34,084 nt of DNA from Octopus bimaculoides (Eukaryota). Position numbers and translations under genes: made by a program. The stretch lies in NCBI RefSeq assembly GCF_001194135.2, contig NC_069004.1:23553599-23587682 (forward strand), given 5' to 3'. This document shows positions 23,862 to 33,738 of this stretch, one piece after another. Below the pieces are notes generated by a model, which was given only the letters and a program-made list of their open reading frames with translations, ran no database searches and was not told the DNA's origin. Within the stretch, counting starts at the first letter, position 1. The number at the start of each line of letters is the position of its first letter.

Positions 23862-24412
23862 GAGTGAGAGAGCAGTGCATGCCATCAAAATGACACTTGT
23901 GGGGTAAAATATACAAAGCCCATTATACCCATCATGACCACCAATCTAGTAAGGGTCTACTAGGCACCTGCATTACAACCATATGTGCTTGACATGATGA
24001 TCTCATATCAAGATAGACAGTGCATGACCTTGCAGGTGGGGTCCAGTTAGAATTTCCTTCAGGTTGAGTAGCCCATCCCGCTCAGAAGGTCCCTGAATAA
24101 GGGTTGTTTAAGGAGGATGAACAAAACACTCATGTTTCCAAAGTGAATTATTCAAACCCCAAAGAATTCCTTTCAACACATGGCTATGATGCTCCCCACT
24201 ACTTCTGCTCACGATCAGAGATGTACATATCATTAGCCACTAAAGGACATGCTCAACTGGTTAAGGTCAAACAACTGACAAGCAAATCTGTGGCATTGAG
24301 CAGAATATTTGCTGTAGCCCATCTTTTTATACCAAGACAAAACAATGTAGATGATAACACTTCCAATCAGTTAAGATGAGAAGCCATGAGAGCCACTGCC
24401 TGGTACTACATC

Positions 24413-25790
24413 CATTATTATTATTATTGTTATTGTTATACAAAAGCTATTGCTAATTTAATTAGCAAGGGTATCATGATATTATCCCAGGGTTTGGTGA
24501 TAACATGCCTTCTCAAAACTCAAGAATCTTTCTGAGGATTTTTACGGAATACAAGATCTCATTTTTCTGCAGGTTGACAATGTGTGATTCAGTTTCACTA
24601 TTCTTCAGCTTTTTAGGTAGCACTTAATGTTGTACCAAGTGGACCTGTTACCATATGAACAGTTGTCACCTTTGTCTCCCACAATTTCTTCCTCTCTCTG
24701 GTTAGGTCCTGATATTTCTTTGGTATTTACTCTACTCTCATATGGGATTGTGTAGTCAGTGATTCTGTATTGTTTCTTCTTTCTGCTTTCTCTCCTCTAC
24801 AGTCAGTGGAAGTGCAATGGCCCAGTGGTTAGGGCAGCGGACTCGTGGTTTTAAGATCGCGGTTTCGATTCCCAGACCGGGCGTTGTGAATGTTTATTGA
24901 GCGAAAACACCTAAAGCTCTATGTGGCTCTGGCAGGGGATGGTGGCAAACCCTGCTGTACTCTTCCACCACAACTTTCTCTCACTCTTACTTCCTGTTTC
25001 TGTTGTACCTGTAATTCAATGGGTCAGCCTTGTCACAGTGTGTCACGCTGAATATCCCCGAGAACTACGTTAAGGGCACACATGTCTGTGGAGTACTCAG
25101 CCACTTGCATGTTAATTTCACGAGCAGGCTGTTCTGTTGATCAGATCAACTGGAACCCTCGACGTCGTAAGCAACGGAATGCCTCTACAGTCATATCTGG
25201 TCTTCTTGCTTCAATCGTATGTGGAAAAATCCTATAAATTTTTGTTACCATTCACCATGACAGCCTCTAGCTTATGTTCCTACCACTTTTCTATCACTTC
25301 TGATCCACAGATTTGGCTAACATTCTGATACACTCTTTTACTGGCCCAAACATGCTCTTTTTGTGCTTCTGTAATCCACTTACTTTGAAGAGGGTTAATA
25401 CTTTTGCCTCCTTTTCCACACATTCTGTATTTGATTTCTGACTTTTTTTTTTCACCAATCTTTGTCAAATGGCTTGTTCCTGAGTAGTTATAATTAGCAA
25501 TTCAGTTTCCCATCTCTCAGCCATAAAACTAGCTTTCTTTCCTTCCAATATTCTCAGTTTGTTGAATGAATTGACCATGTAGATCTTTCTCTTTCCAGTT
25601 ATCTATCCTTTCTTTCTTCCATTTATTCTTGAAATCTCTCACTGTGTTATTTGATATTTTTAGGTGCAGAGTCTTTCCTCACTATGCATGGCATAGATTT
25701 TCAAACACCGAAATTACAGCACCAAGGGTGTCTTCTGCAATAAAAAACCTCTGCTTTGTTCCCTTCTTGGTAAGTAGAACCTGGTATTAA
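24413..25790 (-). pseudogene. R4/Dong-like (RLE endonuclease) non-LTR retrotransposon 3' fragment, decayed, interrupted by SINE B
   Basis: Frameshifted minus-strand remnants WKEKDLHGQF..., KYRMCG..., KW*EHK..., RRPDMTV...ITDYTIPY..., KYQDLTRERKKLWETKVTTVHMVTGPLGT, ...ILRKILEF*, then a (TAA)n tail at ~24413-24435. Confidence 0.75.
24806..25181 (+). mobile_element. tRNA-derived SINE family B, full length, with 12-bp TSD
   Basis: A-box TGGCCCAGTGG and B-box GGTTTCGATTCC. TSD CCTCTACAGTCA at 24794-24805 and 25182-25193. Second copy at 32088-32467. Confidence 0.92.
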
Positions 25791-25867
25791 TTTCATTAAT
25801 GTGTGTTATGCATTCAGAGCAGTTTCCTCATTTAAGCCAATCCCTGTAGCTCTGTCTTTGTCCACTT

Positions 25868-25990
25868 TAACCCTCTAGCATTTAAACCAGCCATATCCAG
25901 CCAAAATATTTGGCCTGTTTTATGTTCAAACCAACCATATCTGGCCTCTCACACCTACCCTACAATGTCATTTTCAAAATAAACAATCAC
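25868..25990 (-). mobile_element. Family E MITE, partial
   Basis: ttaaccctctagcatttaaaccagccatatccagcc... is the reverse of the family E 3' end. Confidence 0.7.
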
Positions 25991-26083
25991 ATCATCAAAA
26001 TCTTGGTTCTACAAAATAATGCACGAACAATACAAAGCAATGTGAATGAAGACACACACACACACACACACACACACGCACGT

Positions 26084-26152
<69 letters not shown>

Positions 26153-26720
26153 AAGCTCTCCACGGTTTCTGTCTGTCAGAAACTGAGCATTCCACACACA
26201 TTTGAACCCTTAATGTAGTTCTCAAAGGCGTTGACCCTTTGAAATATTGATACTACTTGTTTTTGCCAGCTGAGTGGACTGTAGTAATGTAAAATAAAAT
26301 GTCTTGCTCAAGGAATTGAACTCATGAACTTGCGATTGTGAACAGCCAAATACCTTTACCACTTGTCCATGTGCCTTCACACTAAAGTAATAGGTCCATA
26401 ATTTCTTGCATCCCTTCCCTTTTTCCTTCCATATATTTACCCTATTCTTCCTGTGGTCTTCCATATTGATATTCCATTGTTTGTACATTTAGTATAAAAT
26501 GATTTGGAAAAATGCTTTGCAGAATTTGTTCTGGTTCTTTGCAATTCTGATTTGAATTCCTATCAAGGTTGGCTTTGCCGTTTATGTTTTTGGGATTGCT
26601 AAAGGAAAACACCACTCAAGAACTGAAGTCATTAGTAATGGTTAATCTCTCCCTACATCAACAAAGGTTATTATTCTTTCTTGTTGTTGTGGCTGCTACT
26701 GGAGCAAGAGGAGGGGGAGG

Positions 26721-26935
26721 AGGCAGTGAGTCGGTAGAATTGGTAGCACGCTAGACAAAATGCTTTGCAGCATTTCATCTGTCTTTACATTCTGAGTTCA
26801 AATTCTGCTGAGGTCAACTTTGCTTTTCATCCTATTGGAGTCAATGAAATAAGCGCTGGGGTCGATGCAATCATCTAGTTCCCTCACCCCCAAATATCAG
26901 GCCTTGTGCCTGTTGCAGAAAGAATTATTATTATT
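26721..26935 (+). mobile_element. SINE family D, full length
   Basis: Head ggcagtgagtcggtagaattggtagcacgc...gagttcaaattc, central domain, tail ggccttgtgcc...attattatt. Confidence 0.8.
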
Positions 26936-27019
26936 TTCCAATTAATTTGCATTTTATTTCATCTTCCAACTGGATCTCAGCCAGAGACCTAAAGCACATA
27001 TATATTAGATGGATTATTT

Positions 27020-28108
27020 ATCATCATCATCATCATATAAATGTTCAGTATTTGGTAGATTGAAGCAAATCTCTACTGCATCACCTGCTACACCTCCATG
27101 TTGCTGGGGTGTGTGCAGCATTGTGTGTTCTTTCCTGCTGTTTGGAGTGTGCAAACTCTTCCTGGGGCTGTATTGTGTTAGTTTTCCTTGGAACGGTCTT
27201 TTGTTGTGTTGCTGCTTGTATTGTGTGTGTAATGCTTTAGTTTTCTGGGTTGTTTTGTATAGGTTGTATTATTGGATTGATACTGTCTAGCGTAGGATGT
27301 GGGCTGTTCCTAGCAGGGCTATTTTTTGGACAGTGTGTAGGGTTGAGGATCCAGGTACAGCTTCTACATTTTTGTTCATGTGTTTTTTTTTATCATGCCC
27401 ATTGCTCCAATTATTATTGGTATTGTTTTTACCTTCATGCTCCACATTTTGAATACTTCGATTTCAAGGTCTTTTTGTGCTTTGACTATTTCTCTACTTC
27501 TTTTTTGGACAATATTTTGATCAGAAGGGACTGCAAAGTATATCAGTAAGCTGGTATTTTTCCCCCCAGTCCTTGACTATTATGTCTGGGCAATTAGTTT
27601 TTATTTCTCAGTCAGTTTGAACCAGCATATGCCAGATGATTGTAGCTTGATCGTTGTCTTGTACTTTGCTTGGCTAATGCTTATACCATCTGCTGTCAGT
27701 TTTGATGTTGTAATGCTGGCATATTGTCCAGTGGATATAACTGCTTACTTTGTCGTGTCTGTGTACATTTTCAAACTTGGCAAGGACTGGGCAGCTCAAG
27801 ATGATGTGGTCAGCTGTCTCATTGTGCTGGTTGCACATTCTGCATTTGGTGTTGAGGCCTGTTTTCATTATTTCGTTTCTGTAATTGTTTGTAGTCAGGC
27901 ATTGGTCTTGTGCAGTGAGAATCAGTCCTTCTTTCTGTTTTGGCTTTTAGTCCAGGGCCTTTGAGCTATTGTTGGCTTTTACTTAGGTTCACTTCCTCTC
28001 TGTCAATCCTTGCAGGGTATTGAAGTGATTTTTTTCTCCATTTCTTCTCCAGTATCTTTCGTAATTCAGTTTTCATGTTGTGTTTTGTCTCTTGGACCAT
28101 TTCTGCTA
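27020..28108 (-). pseudogene. R4/Dong-like (RLE) non-LTR retrotransposon, 5'-truncated and decayed
   Basis: GLKAKT..EGLILTAQDQCLTTNNY...TKCRMCNQHNETADHIILSCPVLAK...HRHDKV...HWTICQHY (CCHC knuckle), NCPDIIVKD...KDLEIEVFKMWSMKVKTIPIIIGAMG..., LGTAHILR*. Confidence 0.88.
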
Positions 28109-28311
28109 TTAATATTATTATTATAATATGAAGCGGGACCTGAAATAGCTTATATATATTGTATACTCACGAAAGTATGTGTATATNNNNNNNNNNNNNN
28201 NNNNNNNNNNNNNTATATATATATATATATATATCTGTATACAGTAAAGTATATGACCGGTCATAGTGACCAATGGTTTTGCACCCATAAAGGGCTTAAC
28301 CCTATGGATGA

Positions 28312-28343
<32 letters not shown>

Positions 28344-28399
28344 TATATATCCTCACCTCTCTTGTTCTTTGACTCTCTGCACTTACCTATGCATTGACA

Positions 28400-28760
28400 C
28401 AGGCATGGCTGTGCAGTAAGAAGCTTGCTTCCCAATCATATGATTCCAGGTTCAGTCCCTCTGAGTAACACCTTGGGCAAGTGTCTACTATAGCCTTGGG
28501 CTAACCAAAGCCTTGGGCTAACCAAAGCCTTGGGCTAACCAAAGCCTTGTGAGTGGATTTGATAGATGGAAATTGAAAGAAGCCTGTGTGTGTATGTGTG
28601 TTTTTGAGTCTGTGTTTGTCCTTAACCAGTGTTGGCATATTTACAACACATAACTTAGTGGTTTGGCAAAAGAGACAGATAGAATAAATACCAGGCTTAA
28701 AAAAAAGTCCTGGGGTTGATTTGTTTAACTAAAACCTCAAAAATGGCTGCTCCTTGCATA
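28400..28760 (+). mobile_element. SINE family A with an internal 17-bp triplication
   Basis: Collinear with family A; (gccttgggctaaccaaa)x3 at 28493-28543. Confidence 0.85.
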
Positions 28761-29041
28761 GAATTTGAAATCCATATATTACCTGCATATACATACATAT
28801 CTACATGTACGCATAAATGAACAGACACAAACACAGACACATTTGTAATAAAGTGAGAGAGGGAGGGAGAGATAAAGCCTCAGGTTGAGAGGGAAAGGAA
28901 AGAATATGCAAAGTGAAATTTCATTTGTAACTCTGAAATGAGTGAAGAAATTAGTTATTTTTATGGATGAATGTCCTGTATTCCATCTTTATGTAAATCC
29001 TTATTATCTTTCTTTTTCACTTGCTAAATGCATTTGATTAG

Positions 29042-29075
<34 letters not shown>

Positions 29076-29426
29076 CTCTGTGTGTCCGTGTGGCGTGCAT
29101 CAATGTGTGTGAAGGTGTGTGTGCACGTGTGTGTGTTTGTGCAATTGTTTGTGTATGTGTGAATTTGTGCATGTACATGTGTGTGTGTGAGGCTTACATA
29201 TTCTTTTTGTCTGTGTGATTGTCTTACTGTCTGTCTGTTGGGCAGTTTAGATCGATAAATAGATAGACATGTAGACAGACAGCTAGACAAACAGATTTTC
29301 AACCCTTGAGACATTTTGCTACTTCTGTGATTTTTAATAAAAAACATATGTGTTGAGTTCTATTTCCCTGCTTTCATTACTAAAACTCCCCTGCCATCTC
29401 TCTCTTTCTCTCTCTCTCTCTCTCTG

Positions 29427-29462
<36 letters not shown>

Positions 29463-29473
29463 AACATGTATAA

Positions 29474-29504
<31 letters not shown>

Positions 29505-29510
29505 TATATG

Positions 29511-29562
<52 letters not shown>

Positions 29563-29618
29563 AAAATAAGAGGAATGACCAGCAAAAGTGGATTCCTATA
29601 TGCTAGAAATAGATGGCG

Positions 29619-29691
29619 AATCATCTAACCACGAAAAATATGTTCTCAGTAAAAATTTTACTGAGAACTTATTTTTCGTGGTCAGATGATT
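29619..29691. repeat. 73-bp near-perfect palindrome
   Basis: 36-bp arms (29619-29654 and 29656-29691), 2 mismatches, 1-nt centre. Confidence 0.95.
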
Positions 29692-30078
29692 TTTGTATGT
29701 AATATAATTTTAATCTTTGGATTTTTTTAATATGCTAGACCACTGGTTTTAATTGATTAATGTCAATTTCTACCCTTATTAATAAATTTATATATATATA
29801 TATGTTTCGAAACGCTTAGTTTAGTATGGTGGCAGCTGATGAAGGAAATGTTCTCTATGTGGCCTGTGTGTTTTCTGTGCTCTGTTTATGTTCTATTTTT
29901 CATTTTGTCCACGTTTTTTGTGACGTCCTGTACCCAGATATGCATCTATATATACATGTAGATGTAGGTATGTACATACATGTACGTATATATGCATATA
30001 CTCACATATCATTTGTATTATATATATATGTATATGTATGTATATACAGATATATCTATATTATTTATATTATGTATG

Positions 30079-30109
<31 letters not shown>

Positions 30110-30113
<4 letters not shown>

Positions 30114-30320
30114 TAGGGTTTTTTAAATCAAAGCTGGACCTCTTCCTGTCGAGAGTCCCAGATGAATCTACCTCGTGGCAGGAGGTGGAAATGAGGGTTG
30201 CTAAATCAAATGGCATTCTTCACCAAGTGCCACAAATTGTAAGAGGCTCCCTGTAATAACAGTGTAGCAACAAGGCGGTGCATCAGCATGGCCGCAGCTC
30301 TAAGCTGAAACTATAATAAA
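30110..30320 (+). mobile_element. CR1/L2-like LINE extreme 3' end
   Basis: VGFFKSKLDLFLSRVPDESTSWQEVEMRVAKSNGILHQV resembles the FK.KLD.FL..IPD.P...SNSL C-terminus of CR1/L2-group ORF2, followed by a short 3' UTR and A-rich tail. Confidence 0.65.
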
Positions 30321-30363
30321 AAAATTTTAAAAATCCATATATATATATATATATATATATATA

Positions 30364-30536
30364 NNNNNNNNNNNNNNNNNNNNNNNNNNNNNNNNNNNNN
30401 NNNNNNNNNNNNNNNNNNNNNNNNNNNNNNNNNNNNNNNNNNNNNNNNNNNNNNNNNNNNNNNNNNNNNNNNNNNNNNNNNNNNNNNNNNNNNNNNNNNN
30501 NNNNNNNNNNNNNNNNNNNNNNNNNNNNNNNNNNNN
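30364..30536. other. Assembly gap
   Basis: Run of N. Confidence 1.
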
Positions 30537-30543
30537 ATATGTG

Positions 30544-30844
30544 TATGGATAATAATAAATGGAGCAAAACACATGTCAATAAAAGTTCCTTTAATTCCTA
30601 CACATGTTTCGAAATAAATGAGATTTCTTTCACAAAGAAGAAAGAGCTGTTGGGGTTCCTCATTTATTTCTCTTCAGGGAGTTCATAATAAAACATGTAA
30701 TAGCAAGACAAAAACGAAATGATAGGGTAACTTACGAGTAGAGATGTTACATGGTCCATGTAACTCTCATTTATTTCGAAACATGTGTAGGAATTAAAGG
30801 AACTTTTATTGACATGCGTTTTGCTCCATTTATTATTATCCATA
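30544..30844. repeat. 80-bp inverted repeat (30544-30623 / 30765-30844) enclosing a PLE-LTR-like segment
   Basis: The arms differ at one position (aaaacacatgtc versus aaaacgcatgtc). Confidence 0.92.
30593..30683 (-). ncRNA. Type I hammerhead ribozyme motif, intact core
   Basis: aactcc-CTGAAGA-GAAATAAATGAG(36-nt loop)CTCATTTATTTC-GAA-ACATGTGT-A-ggaatt: perfect 12-bp stem II, self-complementary stem III, GUA triplet, stem I 5/6 paired. Confidence 0.75.
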
Positions 30845-31058
30845 TCTTCTCAAAATGTATCACTTTAACTNNNNNNNNNNGCTCCATTTATTATTATCCA
30901 TATCTTCTCAAAATGTATCACTTTAACTTGGTATCTCTACCTGTAAAACGGCTGTGACATCTTGTTTTTTAGTGTAATTTTGCTACCTCGGGTAACTATT
31001 AATATATTTAAATTATCGAAAGTTTTAATAACAGAGATAATATTAATATATACATAAA

Positions 31059-31096
<38 letters not shown>

Positions 31097-32087
31097 TGCA
31101 TATGCATATATATATATATGCATATATATACATATGTATTTATATATACATATGCATATATATATTCACATAATCATCATCCAGTGTTTTAAATCTGGGT
31201 TTTGTCCCCATTAACGGGGGTGGCTGGATCTACCTCAATGCCATAGCAACCAAAGTAGGCACGTGCAGCCCACCACAACCTTTGGGCTGGCTGGTGTCCA
31301 TTCTCCTTTGCTGCCATGAGGCTTTTTTGGACCTGGATTTTCTACAGGGAACATGCCCTTGCTTACCCCCAACCTCAGTTTCTGGACATGTATGGTCCCG
31401 AAACCAAGACCATGATTCTTAAGAAATGTGGTGGAAAACTAGCTTATGTGGTTAGGGTTAGGGTTTCTGTCTCCCAAATCCACTCATAATGCTTCCCAAC
31501 CATGTGGTTGGGAAGCAAGCTTCTCACCTACACAGTCATTCTAGCACCTAATATGTTTGTGTGTGTATACAGTTGTTGTTAAATCGAGCATCGATAAAGG
31601 TTATTCAGGCAGAGTTGCCTCCCTTAGCTAAAGACCTCAAAATTGTTTGACCCAACCTCTTTTTGAAGGTGATTTTTGTAGTAAAAAAGTTTTGTTTTGC
31701 AAAAGAGTTGTTGTAGTTATTTGGTAGCCAAAAGATTTCTGAATCGTTTGATACCTCATAAGCCAAAATTGGCAACTCTGTTCTTGAATCCATAAGGAAC
31801 ATATGCACACATACACACGCATGCACGCACGCGCGCACGCACGCACACGCACACACACACACACACACACACATACACACACACACACCCACCAGAACTC
31901 TGTTTTATGTATTAAGATAAATTAAGTCAGAAGATCTTAAATGAATATATTTATTTCACCAGTTGAAATCTACAGGATACCAACAGTTTTGCAGCCAACA
32001 TCATGCAAATATCATTTATTTTAGTGTTTAATAAATCATTTTACATGTCTACGCTTGTGTGTATGCTATAAATTGCATAATACTATT

Positions 32088-32467
32088 TGTTGGCACTCCG
32101 TCGCTTACGATGTCGAGGGTTCCAGTTGATCCGATCAATGGAACATCCTGCTTGTGAAATTAACGTGCAAGTGGCTGAGCACTCCACAGACACATGTACC
32201 CTTAACATAGTTCTCGGAGATATTCAGCGTGACACAGTGTGACAAGGCTGACCCTTTGAATTACAGGCACAACAGAAACAGGAAGTAAGAGTGAGAGAAA
32301 GTTGTGGTGAAAGAGTACAACAGGGTTCACCACCATCCCTTGCCGGAGCCTCGTGGAGCTTTAGGTGTTTTCGCTCAATAAACATTCACTGGGCCCGATC
32401 TGGGAATCGAAACCGTGATCCTATGACCGCGAGTCCGCTGCCCTAACCACTGGGCCATTGCACCTCC
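32088..32467 (-). mobile_element. SINE family B, full length, with 13-bp TSD
   Basis: Reverse complement of 24806-25181. TSD GCATAATACTATT at 32075-32087 and 32468-32480. Confidence 0.93.
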
Positions 32468-32617
32468 GCATAATACTATTGTACATTTTAGAAATGAATG
32501 TAGATATAGAAGGCTAGGTCATCACATCAACAGAATATCATGGTTTCATCAATTTTTAAACTCTCATTATACACATACAAAAACATTTTGAGGAAATATC
32601 TTCTGCTTGTGTCAGTT

Positions 32618-33045
32618 ATTTGTCTGTGGCCATCCTGGGGCACCATTTTGATGAGCATTTAGCTGAACAAATCGACCCCAGGACTTATTTATTTTACAAT
32701 CTAGTATTTATTCTATCAGTTTCTTTTGCCAAACTGGTAAGTTATGGGGATGTAAACACACCAGCACTGGTTGTCAAGTGGCGCTGGGGGAACAAAGAGA
32801 GAAGTGAAGAGGTGGGGGTGATTTGGAGTGAATGTCTGTTTGTTTAAACAATTATGTGTGTGTGTGTGTGTATACCTACACATGATGGGCTTCTTTCAGT
32901 TTCTGTCTACCAAATCCACTCATAATGCTTTGGTTCACCTGAGGCTATAGTAGAAGACACTCGCCCAAGGTACCGTGCAGTGAGACTGAACTCAGAACCA
33001 TGTTGGGAAGCAAGCTTCTTACTACACAGTCTCACCTGCACCTTC
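32618..33045 (-). mobile_element. SINE family A, near full length
   Basis: Reverse complement is collinear with family A. Confidence 0.85.
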
Positions 33046-33738
33046 TATTTAATGTGCATGTATATGTATATAAATGCATATATATGTGCATGCACACATC
33101 GACTCCCTTCCACATGCACACATACTTGCTAGTACATATGCACATGCACAAACACACACACAAACATAACTAGCAACAAAACAAAACTAACTTCTTCTCT
33201 TATTCCCTACTCATTGGTGCCCATTCACCTGTGACTAATCTGTCTCCTACTAAGGGGCGCAAAATCTCTGGGTGCTACTTCAAAGTGATATTGAACTGGT
33301 TCCCCCGTGTTTCACAGCTTCTTTCCACCTGAATAGTTGTAAAAATAGCTGGTAGACAATTATATGATGCATTGCAAAAGAAACTAATATTGCAGGTAAA
33401 ATTCTTCAAAGAGATTCTCCGCGGGAAGCTAATTAACTAACGATCCAAAACTAATGATTCCCCCTCATCTCTAAAAGAAGAGGTGGGGGGTTATTTGGGG
33501 CGAATGCCTATTTGTTTAAACAATTGTGTGTGTGTGTGTGTACTAGACTTAAAAATAAGTGTTTGATTTGTTTGACTAAAACTTTTGGGGTGGCATCCCA
33601 ACCCGGTTGCAGTCTTAAAACTGAAATGGGAAAAATACAAAATAGAAGTTACACAAACACAAATAAACAAGCAAACAAACAAACACACACACACACCTAT
33701 GTATAAATATATGTGTGAATATAGTCCTATATTTAAGA

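Noticed and set aside
29805-29850. CGAAAC followed by CTGATGAAGG (possible permuted hammerhead)
   Set aside because: No convincing stem I or III; the order and pairing are not supportable.
30881-30928. 48-bp direct repeat of 30823-30870
   Set aside because: It flanks a 10-N gap exactly, typical of unmerged overlapping contig ends.
31610-31780. CAGAGTTGCC...GGCAACTCTG short inverted termini (hAT-like MITE?)
   Set aside because: Only 10-bp TIRs, no 8-bp TSD and a single copy in the window.
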